DNA of 64,000 nucleotides from the human T2T-CHM13v2.0 reference genome, Homo sapiens: NCBI RefSeq assembly GCF_009914755.1, contig NC_060925.1; one strand, given 5' to 3'. The notes under the pieces are model-generated. The model was not told the DNA's origin and searched no databases. It worked only from the letters and a program-made list of their open reading frames with translations. Below, one piece after another: positions 1 through 14,144 of the stretch; the stretch's first letter is position 1, and each line of letters begins with the position of its first letter. The position numbers and the translations under genes are program-made.

Positions 1-141
1 ATTTGCAGGGATTCTTAATATTTTCTAGACCCTGATCTTGAGTTTGCTCTATGCATTACAACTGTTTTCTTCATTTTGATACTTTTAAGAAAGTGTTCCT
101 AATGGTGTCTTGGTGGGTAGAAATTCTTAGTTTTGATGCAG

Positions 142-443
142 TTTTTTTTTTTTTTTAAATTGAGATGGAGTCTCACTCTGTTGCCCAAGCTGGAGCGCAG
201 TGGTGCAATCTTGGCTCACTGAAACCTCCACCTTCTGGGTTCAAGTGATTCTCTTACCTCAGCCTGCTGAGTATCTGAGATTACAGGTACCCGCCACCCC
301 GCCCAGCTAATTTTTGTATTTTTAGTAGAGATGGGGTTTCACCATGTTGGCCAGACTGTTCTCAAACTCCTGACCTCAGGTGATCCACCTGCCTCGGCCT
401 CCCAAAGTGCTGGGATTACAGGTATGAGCCACCGTGCCCGGAC
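142..443 (-). mobile_element. AluS (Sx-like), full length
   Basis: Poly-T then antisense Alu dimer; TSD ATGCAGTTT at 136-144 and 445-453. Confidence 0.95.
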
Positions 444-1057
444 AATGCAGTTTAATTTAATTTTATTTTTTATGTTAGTGCTTCTTGTTCTTGTTTACTA
501 AATCTTTATCCTAATCCATAAATATTATCTTCTAAATAGTTTAGGAGTTTGGTTTGGCTTTCACATCCAAGTTTTAATCTATCTAAAATTCATTTTGTGT
601 AGGAAAATTCTCCTTTTTTTCCGTGTTGGAAAGAGGTGTCCCATGCATTGGATGAGTCATCCTTTCCCCAGTGATGTGCATATGTCAAGTCTGTCCATAG
701 ATGATTCCTGTCTTATGTCAAGTAGCTGCCTGTGCGTAGATCTGTTTCTGGGCCCCTTATGCCATCACTGTAGTCGTCAGTTTGTCTATTCTTGTCTCAG
801 CACACCATCAGTTCAGTTGCTGTAGTTCACTGTAGCTTGGAAATAAGTCTTCACAGGTGGTTGATCACATTCTCCTCTCCCTCCTACCACTATATATATG
901 TTCTGCATTTCACCTATTCTTGGCCTTTGCTGTTTCATGAACATTACGGAAGATAATCTTGTCAAAATCCTCAAATTCCTATGGGGAGATTTTGATTGGA
1001 ATTACATTAAATCTGTCAGTTTGGTGAGAATTGACCTATTTAGGATATTGAGTCTTC

Positions 1058-1367
1058 TTTTTTAAATTAATTGGTTAATTAATTAATTAATTAATTTTAG
1101 AGACAGAGTCTTGCTCTGTCACCCAGTCTGGAATGCAGTGGGGTAATCATAGCTCACTGCAGCCTCGAATTCCTAGCCTCAAGTGATCCTCCCACCTCAG
1201 CCTCCCGAGTAGCTAGGACTACAGGCATGTGCCACCATACCCAGCTAATTTTTACCTTTTTGGTAGAGACAGGGTCTCACTATGTTGCCCAGACTGGTCT
1301 CAAATTTCTGGCTTCAAACAATCCTCCCAAAGTCCTGGGATTACAGGTGTGAGCCACTGTACCCAGC
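1058..1367 (-). mobile_element. AluJ with tail decayed to (TTAA)n
   Basis: AluJ diagnostics (atcatagctcactgcagcctcgaa; gggtctcactatgttgccca); TSD tgagtcttct 1049-1058 / tgagttttct 1368-1377. Confidence 0.92.
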
Positions 1368-1612
1368 TGAGTTTTCTATCTTTGAACAGAAGATCTATCT
1401 TAGGTTAAACACTAATAATTTATTCTTATAAACTTTAGCTTTTAAATTGCAATTATGTGTTATTTTAAAAAGTATATTTTCTGTTTGTTGCTATTGTATA
1501 TAAATTAATTTATTTTTTGTATGTTGACCTTATGTTAGGCACTTTGGTGGAATCTTTTAATACTTTGCCTCTAGATTCTTTGAATTCTATGTAGATAATT
1601 CACACTCAATGA

Positions 1613-2035
<423 letters not shown>

Positions 2036-2847
2036 AATTGTACTGGAAGTTCTGATCTGCACAGTAATGCAAGAACAAGAAATAAACTTGAAGTTCTAGG
2101 ACAGAGAACAAGAATAGAACTAGAAGTCCTAGTACAACTTCTAGTTGAGTAGAAATATTAATAGCAGGAACTCTTGCCTCATGTCTGATTCTAAAGGAGA
2201 TTCTTCTAGTGTTTCATGGTTAATAGTAATATTTGCTGTAGGGGTTTTATTTGTTGGTTGGTATAGTATAAACTCTTTATTAGATCAAGGAAGGTTTCTT
2301 CTATTTTAGTTTGCTAAGAATTTTAAAATCACAACTGGATGTTTAATATTATTGAATGCTTTTAATGTCACTAGTAAGAATAATCATATACTTTTTCTCC
2401 TATAATCTGTTAACATTATGAATTATAGTTATTTTCTAATATTAATCTAACTGTAATCCTAGGATAAACCCAACTTGTTCATGGTTTATTATTTTTAGAC
2501 ATTACTGGATTTGGTTTTCTAAGATTTTGTTTAGGAGTTTTGCGTCTATGTTCATGATTTATAATGGCTTCTATATTTCTTTTCTCATGATATTCTTGTC
2601 AGACTTAATGTCAAACATGAGTTTGAGGCCATGGAATAATTATGCTGTGGAATAATTTGTGTAAGATGATGATTTGGATTGTTACCTGAATATTTAATTA
2701 GAACTATTTAAGTGGTACCATCATCTGGACCTGGTAATTTTTATCTACTGCTTCTTTTTTGTGTGTTTACAAGAATATTCAGGTTTTTATATTTTCTTAA
2801 GATGGTTTAGATAAGTTTTTTTAATAATTTGTCAATTTCATTTAGAC

Positions 2848-3159
2848 TTTTTTTTTGTTGAATGGAGTCTTGCTCATGCCAGGCTGGAGTGCAGTAGTGC
2901 AATCTCAGATCTCAGTTCACTGCAATCTCTGCCTCCCAAGTTCAAGTGAGTCTCCTGCCTCAGCCTCCTGAGTAGCTGAGACTACAGGCATGCACCACCA
3001 CACTCAGCTGATTTTTGTATTTTCAGTAGAGAAGTGGTTTCACCATGTTGGCCAGGCTGGTCTCGAACTCCTGACTGGACTTGAGCTGGGCTCAAGTGAT
3101 CTGCTCTCTTCAACTTCTCAAAGTGTTGGAATTACAGGCATGAGCCACTGTGCCTGGCC
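2848..3159 (-). mobile_element. Alu (J/S-type) with small internal insertions
   Basis: Antisense Alu dimer ending tgcctggcc; extra sequence at about 3074-3090. Confidence 0.92.
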
Positions 3160-3627
3160 TAAGCTTCTAACTTATTGTCATGATATAGTCATATATCCTC
3201 TCAATAATTTTTTAATATTTGAAGCTTCTCTGGTTATGTTCTTTTCACTCCCAATATTATCCTTTTTAATCAGAATTTTGTCAACTGTATTGTTCTTTTC
3301 AAAGAACCAACTTTTGACTTTGCTGTTTGTATCTATTTTAGATTTGTTTCCTGTTTTGTGAATTCCGTTTTTATGCTGTTTTCCTACTTTCTATTCTTTG
3401 AATTTATTCTACTTTCCTTCTTCTAATTTCTTAAGCAGGAGCATTGGTTCATTAATTTTAGCTTTCCCTCTTTTCTATATGAACATTTAAATGAACAATT
3501 CCTTTCTAAATATGTTTTAGCGTATGTTCCATGTGTTTTAACATGTAGTAGTTTGATTATCCTTCAGTTCGCAATGTTTTTTAACCTCCATTATGATTTC
3601 TGTTTTGAATTGTATAAAATGGGTTTC

Positions 3628-4076
3628 TTTTTTTTTTTTTTTAATTTTACTTTAAGTTCTGGGATTCATGTGCAGAATGTGCAGATTTGTTACATAGGTA
3701 TACATGTTCCATGGTGGTTTGCTGCACCCGTCAACCCATCATCTAGGTTTTAAGCCCTGCATGCATTAGGTATTTGTCCTAATGCTCTCCCTCCCCTTGC
3801 CCTCCAACCCCGACAGGCCCCAGTATGTGGTAGTCCCCTCCCTGTGTCCATGTGTTCTCATTGTTCAACTCCCACTTCTGAGTGAGAACATGCAGTGTTT
3901 GGTTTTCTGTTTCTGTGTTAATTTGCTGAGAATGATGGCTTCCAGCTTCATCCATGTCCCTGGAAAGGACATGAACTCATTGTTTTATATGGCTGCGTAG
4001 TATTCCATGGTGTATATGTGCCACATTTTCTTTATCCAGTCTATCATTGATGATCATTTGGGTTGGTTCCAAGTCT
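3628..4076 (-). mobile_element. L1PA (older, ~PA7-13-type) 5'-truncated 3' end
   Basis: Poly-T then ttttactttaagttctgggattcatgtgcagaatgtgcag...ttgggttggttccaagtct, matching the antisense L1PA 3'UTR and ORF2 end. Confidence 0.92.
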
Positions 4077-4639
4077 AAAACATATTTCTTAATTTCCAAA
4101 CATATAGGGTTTTTTCTGGGATCTTTTTGTTAACTGATTTCTAATTTAAGTTTTGGTCTGTAGTTCACTTCATTGTTATTTGGACAATATGATGCTAGCG
4201 GTTTTGAAATTTTTTGAGACCCAGTATTGGTTCCAGCAAATATGGAACATGGAATGTTTTCCATTTTGTGGGTGCCATGTTCTAAGTGTTTGTCGAATCA
4301 AGTTTGTTAATCATGTTATTCAAATTTTCCTTATTTTTCCTGATTTTAGTTTCAGTTTGACCTATACTGAGAAAAGTGCCCTAAAAATCTCCCCTTTTAA
4401 TGGTGGATTTGTTCAGTTTCTCCTGGTCTTCCCTTCAGAGCTTTCCTTTATTGACTACTTCACTTTTGAAAAATGTTTTCAACCTGTTCTCCTGGAACGT
4501 GAGGAAAATGCAGCTTGTTCCTTGTTCCATTTGTCCAGTGGCCAGTTCAAGAAAGGTTGGACCCACATCTATCATTTCCATCAGCAGTGAGCTGTTCAGA
4601 GTATGTGCAATTGCCTTGGTTTGGAGACATGGCTGCACA

Positions 4640-4856
4640 CATTTAGGACTCTGGCTTTGCTCAAGCTGTTCCCCTGCACAGAATGCCTTTAACCTCTCCC
4701 TTTTCCCTGCCCCTTGTTCACCTGGTGAACTCTTTCTCTTTCCAGCCCTGCTCAAATGTTACCTCCTATTACGATTATTTGTTTCCACTTCTGCCTCCCC
4801 CAGTATCTCAGGGCCAACACAGACCAAGTGGTCAACAAGTATTTATTGGACTGAAA
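4640..4856 (+). mobile_element. L2 3' end relic
   Basis: ctttgctcaagctgttcccctgc...aaatgttacctcc...ggtcaacaagtatttattggactgaa resembles the L2 3' tail. Confidence 0.55.
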
Positions 4857-4924
4857 TAGTTTCTGCTCTTAAGGGACTCTTTTCTATGAATTATTCTCCC
4901 CTGCCCCCAATCAAATCCATCCCT

Positions 4925-5365
4925 TAAATTTTAAAAAACTGAGATGAAATTCACATAACATAAAATTACCCATTTTAAAGTATACAATTCAGTGGCATTT
5001 AGCACGTCCACGATGTTGCGCAGTCACTGCTACCTAATTCCAATGTGCTTTCATCTTCCCAAAGTGAAAGCCTGTACCCACGGCTCAGGCAGTCCCTCCC
5101 TGGTCCCCCTCCTACAGCTCCTGGCAGGCACTCAGCTGCCTTCTGTCTCCATGGATTTGCCTGTTCTGGATGTTTCATAGAAATGGAATCATATAATATG
5201 TGACCTTGTTGACTGGCTTCCTTCACTCCTCATGCAGTTTCTGAGGTTTGTCTGTGTTGTCGCACATGTCAGTGCTTAGTTCCTCTTCGTGGTGGAATAA
5301 TTGTCTATTGTACTGGACCACATTTTGTTTATCCATTCATCTGCTGATTAATATTTGGGTAGTTT
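4925..5365 (-). mobile_element. L1MB-type 3' end
   Basis: gagatgaaattcacataacataaaattacccattttaaagtatacaattcagtggcatttag...ggatttgcctgttctggatgtttcatagaaatggaatcata. Confidence 0.85.
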
Positions 5366-5454
5366 CCCATCCCTGTTCCATTTTTCCTTTTCTCTCACTC
5401 AGCCCCATCATTCAGCATTTTGCTTTTCATTGTCACGGGACAGGTTCAGGTTGA

Positions 5455-5781
<327 letters not shown>

Positions 5782-6534
5782 CCCAATGACTTCTTAATCC
5801 AGGAGAGCTTCTAGGGAGGTGAAGGTATGCGGAGCATGAACAACAGCATGACAGGCCTTGGAATGATCATGGTGGTCACCAAAGGGGGCAGGGCATGGAG
5901 CGACTTAATGAGCACAGAGAGCCTGAATTTCTGCACACACATCTGATGAGGGATGCCCAGCCTGGGGATGCTCTGTGATCTTTAAACAACGGTCTCACTG
6001 GGCAGCTGAGCCTCTCAGCCAGCCTGATGTTTTCATTCTTGCCAGGCTTTCCCTGGGGAGACAGGAGGACACTGGACTCAGCAGAAAGAAGGACATTTGC
6101 TTGCTAGGACCATGCCCGTGATGGCTGGCATCCCCGGGGCCCTGGAGGGTGAGGCGTGAGGGGCAGTGACGCAAATGCACGATCTCCTCTCATGGTGGGT
6201 CTTTGCAGACTCTCCGTCTGCTATCCCCAAGGTTTGGGAGCAGCCAAGTGTTTAATGATGTTCTGCACCAGCAATTTTAGACTCTCGGAGCTAAAATTAG
6301 ATCCCTTCCTGGTGCCTCGGGGAGGATGGGCTGGCTGTGTCCATCCATCCCGTGCTGGAGCGTGGCTGGGGACAGGCTGTGCGGGAGGCGCAGGGGTGAG
6401 GCTCCGAAGCAAGAGCAGCCAGACGCTGCGTCCCTCCTGTCTCTTCAGCTGCGCCTTCCTCAGGAGAGACAGAAAGAGCCTTTGGCTGCCCTCTGTCCTC
6501 TTGAGGGTCACTATGTCTATGTTTGCATCCCAGC

Positions 6535-6682
6535 TTTACAGCTTCCCAGTTCTCTGGCCTCAGGCACATCATCCTAAACTGGGCACGATAATCCCCCTGA
6601 GGCGGAGTTGTGAGCTGAAATGAACAGAAGGCAGAGCGGGGTGCAGGGCCTGGCCGTGACTGAGGCTCCACGAACGCTGGCT
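6535..6682 (+). mobile_element. MIR core/3' relic (GC-shifted)
   Basis: catcctaaactgggcacgataatccccctgaggcggagttgtgagctgaaatga...gggcctggccgtgactgaggctccacgaacgctggct aligns loosely to the MIR core and tail. Confidence 0.55.
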
Positions 6683-6725
6683 CCCTTCTTAAATTTTTGT
6701 GGAACTGTGGGAACACACAGTTTAA

Positions 6726-7019
<294 letters not shown>

Positions 7020-7136
7020 CAGAGCTTAATTTTTTTTTTTAATTATTTCTTTCTAGCCTTCTTTACATGGTCCCTGGCTTGACTGGGGGTTGGGAGGTGC
7101 AAGGAGGAAGGTGACAGTTGACTTTCCTTCCTACAA

Positions 7137-7280
7137 AAACTCAACATGGCTCAGTGGACTGGACCCCAGCAGAACTTAGCAGAACCCAAAAAGGCCCAGT
7201 GGAACCCAGGGGACCCACAGGGACTCAACAGGACCCAGCAGGTACCAACAAAACCTAGTGGAACTCAGAGGGGCCCAGCC
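7137..7280. repeat. Degenerate 10-bp tandem repeat (~13 copies, consensus approx. GGACCCAGCA)
   Basis: Successive decamers agaacttagc, agaacccaaa, aaggcccagt, ggaacccagg, ggacccacag, ggactcaaca, ggacccagca, ggtaccaaca, aaacctagtg, gaactcagag, gggcccagcc. Confidence 0.7.
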
Positions 7281-8375
7281 TTTACCATGGGTTACCTTTG
7301 ACACCAAGGTTCCCCCACCCCTACCCTTCAAGATACCTGGGTACCTTTCCTTGTCATTGTGACTGTCAAGCCCTCTAATCAGTCCACACGAGAGCCCCTC
7401 CACTCCTCACCTCCCACCTCCCTCTCCCTGAGGAAAAACAGCTGATCAGGGAGCAGTGCAAAGCAAGCTCTCTGGGCCTTATATCCCCTGAAGGAGCAGC
7501 TCTGTCAGGCCGGGAAAATGGTTGTATTATTCTTCTGCAGAACTTATTAGATTAGAAACTTAGTACAAACAGCCCCAGCTGCAACCGCTATACATAGTCA
7601 CTATCAACAAGGAAAATTTATGCTTTAAAAATAAAAAGAAACTCAAGTGCATTAGTCAGAGTGAGGAAGCGTTCACGAAAAAAGGTTTGTTCTCCAAGTA
7701 AACAGCCACAATGGAATTGTAATCAAATTTCTTAATTATTTCTATAAATCTTGGGAACATAAAAATACACAAGGCCCTTTTTCAAAAAGTCACTGTTTGC
7801 AAGTGCCTTGGATGAGAGAAGAGGTAACCGAAACAGCTCTGGCATGACTGGAAGATTCCAGAAGGGGTGAAGCCACGATTCGGGAGCTGAGAGCACATTG
7901 CCTCGTCACAGACCAGGAGCAGAGGCTGGGGGGACCACTTCTGAGGGGGCGCCACGAGAGCCGCATTTAGGGCGACTGCATAAAGAACCTGAGACCCAGT
8001 TCTGCAGAGCTCAGCTTCCTCCAGTCACGAGAGGCCGTGGACGAGCAGGAGGCAGGTGGCCCTGGGGGGCCTGGGAATTGGGAGGAGTTAGAGCTGCTTC
8101 TAGGGAGGCAGGAGAAGCTGGGCATCATTGGTGCCCCACGGCCCAGGCGAGGCAGAGGTGCCCTGTCTGTCCTCGTCAGGCAGGCAGCTTGTGGGTCTGG
8201 GATGGTTTTTCCCTGCTGTGTGTCTAAGGCAGAAGAGATTGGCCTGACATCCGGATGTCCCATCATGCCTTTCCCCAGGATTAGGGAGCAGTTCTTTTAT
8301 AAACTATGTTTGAAACTAATTTAGAAAATTAGAAACATAGAAAAAAAATGTCATAAGTTATCTTGGTACATCCTG

Positions 8376-8422
8376 GTGTGTGTGTGCGTGTGTGTGTGTG
8401 TATGTGCGTGTCTGCAGGTGTG
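8376..8422. repeat. Imperfect (TG)n microsatellite
   Basis: gtgtgtgtgtgcgtgtgtgtgtgtgtatgtgcgtgt. Confidence 0.9.
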
Positions 8423-10365
8423 TAGGACAGGAAAGTACAGGAGTGGGAGGGTCAGGCACTCTGGCCCATGTGCCCAAGCACACACTTGGATGTTGGCACT
8501 TTTCAGGTGTCCAGGTGTTGCCTCTTGTCCCAGTGGACACTCTGGGAAGGACAATAGACAGGGTCGTTGACATCTGGCCACGGTGCGGCTGGCAGTTTTA
8601 ATGCCATAGAATATGTGATGGAGACAGATGCATGTCAATAACATAATAAAGATATTTTTCCATCCACAAATGTCTGATATTGGAATTACTATTCTTCTGT
8701 TTTCTGTTCTGCTATAACCTGCTTAACTCTTCAAGAAAGCCAGAGTATCTTGTTTGAACAGTTGGCCACACGCTCGCATGATAACACAATTCCATTAAAA
8801 CATTCATACCTTCAGCAGAAAGGCACCCCGCCAAATGCTCTATGTGTTGTATTAAGCCATAAGCAGAATTAAAGTGCGGAATCCCAGCCTTTCCAAATAG
8901 TGCAGGAATTGCGTGGGGGGCTGCAGGCTGGGGAGGAGCAGGCAACTGCACTGTTAAACCCCAGGTCCAAATCCTGCAGCCACCCCAGCCGCTTGAAGCG
9001 GGGTATCCCCTGGGATCAAACCGTTAGTCCATCAAACACTGCCTTAGTGCAAAGCCCTGTCCCTGGCCGAGGCTTCTCCCCTCCCCTCTGGGCAGTCCTC
9101 AGCTGAGCAGAGCAGGTGCCCTTGTCCTTTCAGCCCCCAGGTATTTGCAGGTCCTGGACTGACAGGCTTTGCCTGAAGCCATGTGGGTTTCAGAAAGGCT
9201 CTTTCCTGCCGATTTACACTGTGACTTCACAAATAAGCTATTTTCATGGTCATTGATCTTGTCGGTGGTCCCTCACATTTCCCCAGATCATCTCTAAGCA
9301 AACTCTGAAGTGGGTCAGCAAAGCAGCTCCCCCCAGGGAGGGCAGCCTGGAGCTGCTGCAGCTCCCACCACCTGACCTTGGAGGTATGCACCTCACTTGG
9401 GCTATTCTGACCTCAGATTCCTCCTCTTCGGTAATTGGGGTATAGCGGGGATAGATACCTCTTGATTCATGTTAAAACAATGTAATCCTTTTGCAATGTG
9501 ATGAGCTGCCCCTGCTGCATTTTGTCAGATCAGAGTTTTGCAACAAGGACTCTCTTAAAGTGAGATGCACTTGTCACTGCAGCTGGATCTTTCTGTCCGA
9601 GCAGGAGGAGCAGCGTGAAGGTGAAACTGAAGGGAAGAAGAACCCACACTCAAGGCATTCTGAGCTCTGTGGTAACCAGAAGCCCTGGGTGACTGGGGTG
9701 CTTGAGGGAGATGTAGGCTGCTAACTCCTTCCACTTTGGTGTCTGTACAGAGGGAGGGACCTTTTCCAAGGGAACAATGCCTTTATGTTCTGGAAGAGTT
9801 CTGTACTGAGCCCATAGGGTATCCTTAGGCCTCGGAGTCAGGGGCCTACACATGCTAAACTCCAGCTGCTCTTTGAGTCTAGACACTCGCTCCAGCTCCA
9901 ACTGCTTCTGATTCTACAGCTCGTTCGCACTTTTTCCTGGTTGCCCTGGGTTAGCCATTGGGATAGACAGATGCTGAGGGCATAGGAGCACTCACGGGTT
10001 TCTACTCTGGATCCTTCCATAGCATATTTAATCAAGACATTTTTGCAAGAATAGATGAATTGGGAGGCAGTATAGTAAAGCAATGACAATGTGAATTGTA
10101 GCAATGGTCAGGCCACCCCTGGCTGTGCCATCTTGGGCAGGCCCTGTGACCAGTGTCCACAGGAGAGATTGTTGTGGACCAGGCCTGGAAGTGGCATGCA
10201 TCATTTATGCCACTTCCCACTGGGCAGAAGTGAGTCACAAGGCCCCACTAGATTGCGGAGAGGCTGGAAAATACAGTTTAAAAATGTGCCCAGGAAGAGG
10301 AGGAGGAAACCACATTGCTGAGCATCTGCATAACGGGGTGCCTGGGGCTGGCTGGGCAATAGACC

Positions 10366-11420
10366 ATGCCCCCTCCCCTCACAAGGCCCCTCCTACCCAC
10401 CAAGGCTCCTTCCCACAGAGGCCCCTCCCACACACTGAGGCCCCTCCCACCCATGGAGGCTCCTCCCACACACCGAGGCTCTTCCCACATACTGAGGCCC
10501 CTGTAACACATCAAATCTCCTCCCCCATGCCAAGGCTCCTCCCCACACAGTGAGGCACCACCCACACACCGAGTCCCCTCCCACACACTAAGTCCCCTTC
10601 CCAACACGCAGGCTCCTCCCACATGCTGAAGCCTCTCCCACACATTGAGGTATCTCCCACACACTGAGGCTTCCTTCAGCACATCAAAGCCCTGTCCACA
10701 TACCAATGCCTCTCCCCCAACACAGAGGACTCTCCCACACACTGAGGCCCTTCTCACACACACAAGTCCCACTCACACAGAGGCCCCTCCCACACCCTGA
10801 GGCCCCCCCACACACACTGAAGCCCCTCCCACACACTGAGGCCTCTCCCACACACAAGTCCCTCCCATATTGAGACCCCTCCCACATACTGAGACCTCCA
10901 GTGCATCAAAACTCTCCCCATACCGAGGCCCCTCCCATACACTGAGACTCCTCCCACACACTGAAGCCCCTCCCACACATTGAGGCCTCCTTCAACACAT
11001 CAAAACCCTGCCCATATACCAGTACCCCTCCCCACACACAGTCCCACACATTGATTACCCTCCCACATACTGAGGCCTCTAACATGTCAAAGCCCTGCCC
11101 ACACGCCAAGGCTCCTCCCTACACACAGAGGCTCTTCCCACACACTGAGCCCCTTGCCACACACAGAGGCTCCTCCCACACATTGAGGCTCCTCCCCACA
11201 CACTGCGCCTCCTCCCCATACACTGAGCCCCCTCCCTCAGGCGGAGGCTCTTCCGACACAGAGGCTCCTCTCCACACACGGAGGCTCCTCCCACACACTG
11301 AACCCCCTCCCCACGCGTGGAGGCTCCTCCTACACACTGAGCCACTTCCCAAGCACTGAGGCCTCATTCAATACATCAAAGTCCCGCTCACATGCCAAAG
11401 CCCCTCCCACACATTGACCT
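10366..11420. repeat. C-rich minisatellite, ~19-bp unit CCCACACACTGAGGCCCCT, degenerate
   Basis: Roughly 50 recurring variants of cacactgaggcccctccca over about 1.05 kb, with periodic acatcaaa-containing variant units. Confidence 0.95.
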
Positions 11421-13416
11421 GCCTCTCTTCCTGAGAAGTCCCTCCTGAGGAAAAGGCTTGAACACTTAAAAGAACAAGGAGGTCCGTTCTCTTTTCTGTA
11501 TAGCTTTTGTTCCTCTCTCTGTGCTCAGGGCTGCCAGAACTGGTGCAGAGTGTAGGGCCATAGGAAATATCCCTCACTATTTCTCCCCACCATGCTCTAT
11601 CTCTGCCACTATTTTTAAAATGCTCTTTTAAAGGGTTTGTCAACAGTTATCCCCCGTTTGTCTCTGCCCTGATTTATATTTCTAGTGACTATTAATTGCC
11701 TACCAAATGAAGGCTCAGCATTTGTAATTAGGCTGGCAAATTCTACCTGACATCTTCGGCTCTGTGTTGGGGCAGGAAGGGAGCATGTGTTAATGGTGTT
11801 GAACTAAGCCACACCCCTCCCCCAGCCCGCTGATTAACCCCAGGTTCACTAATCAATGAAGTCTAACTGATTCTCTTTGCATTTACATCCTGCCTTGACT
11901 CTTAGCCAAGGGCTGAGGGCTTTGGTTCCAAAATGCTTTCTATGCCCAGAGAGGATGCCTCTCTGCCTTGTTCCTGCAGAAGGAACTCTCACCCTGAATG
12001 GGTAGGGTGGGGGTTCCGTAAAGAGCTAGAGGGAGAAGGGCACTTGCGGAGTAGCCAAGCTGCAGAGAGCTCCCTGTAGCTGTTCTGGAGAATGAAGCCC
12101 TCCTCAGCCTCCTTTATAAAAAGTCTGCCATAATTCAGCTGAACACAACATGGTACCAAGAAGCCACAACCTCAGGGATTTCCTTGGTTTTCTGTTCTGT
12201 TAATCTTTTCAAAACACGATTGGATTGGAAGCATCCATTCTCAGCCACAGCAGGTTGCTTGGCAGTGGCCGTGGAGGAGCTGTCCAGGATGCTGGCTGTG
12301 TGAACCAGGGAACAGCCCAGGATTCATGTATACTTATTGGCACAATTGGTGCCCTAAGTGAGGAACACCAGTACCAACATCCCAGGGTGTCTTCATGACC
12401 AAGGCGAAGCATCTCTGTGCCCCTCTGTGGTCATTGCTTCCAAATACATGAAAGGACAAATGATGATATGGGTTCTGCCTTGCCCACAGCAGGTGCTCAA
12501 TGACTACACTCAGAAAAATGGCTGCTAATAACAATTCAAAAGAGTTATATATCAGTCACGAATATCTATGCATGAAATAACACAGGAACCACCTTTATAA
12601 AGCAGATACTGCAAAAGAAACCAGGAAATGCAGAGAAAACCACTAATAATGGGAAAATTTAACATACCACATTCAGCACAAGGCAGATGAAGTGGAAAAA
12701 AATAACAATGGAATCAAGAAGATAGGTATTATGGAGATATAGATATCTTTATGTATACATTTATGCCACAATAATATAGAATATACTTTCTTCTCAGGTA
12801 TACATGGAGCATTTACAAACAGTTATATATTAGCTCACAAAGAAAATTTCAGTAAGTTCTATAAGGTAGAAATATTATAAACAATACTTTCTAACCACGG
12901 TGCACTAAAACTGGACATTATTAACAAAAAGATGAAAATACCCTATCATCTGGAAATGAAAAACAACCTATTAACTCTTGGATGAAATGGGGAAAGCAAA
13001 TTAAAAATTAAAAAATAATCATAATGAAAACACTACCTACCAGAATGTATGAGATATATTTAAAGCAGTGATTGGAAGGAAATTCATATCCCTAAATGCT
13101 TTTATTAATAAAAACACAAAAATGCAAATAAGTGAACTAAGTTCTTACCCCAAAAGCTAGGTAAAGAAACACAAGGTAAACCAAAAGAAAGCACAAGAAA
13201 CATAATAGTAAGGATAAAAGCAGAAAATAGTAAGATAGAGAATGAAAGAACAGTAGACCTGATTAGCAATCCCTAAATATGGGTTTTTAAAACATTAACA
13301 AATGAATGAAACCCTTGCTAGCATAAAAAATGGAGAGAAAGCACAAATATATGAAATAAATGACAAAAGAGACATAACCATTGACATAGAAGACATTTTT
13401 AAAAATTATGAGATTA

Positions 13417-13710
<294 letters not shown>

Positions 13711-13841
13711 TTATTTTGTAGACCTCTATTAAAAATATGAAAACAGTATCAATTTGGTATAGGAAGCTTAAAGCTTAAATAAACCAATTTCCATAAAAGA
13801 TCTAGAAAAAATCCTGAAGGAACTACCCCAAATGTCACTAG

Positions 13842-14144
<303 letters not shown>

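Noticed and set aside
5872-5892. CTCF-like sites at ~5878, ~54093, ~54350 and ~56045
   Set aside because: One or more mismatches at core positions; expected by chance in GC-rich DNA.
10366-11420. CRISPR-like array or repetitive protein (overlapping ORFs such as 10104-10553, 10278-10772)
   Set aside because: Units are contiguous degenerate repeats without unique spacers, in primate DNA; ORFs on both strands simply reflect stop-poor repeat sequence.
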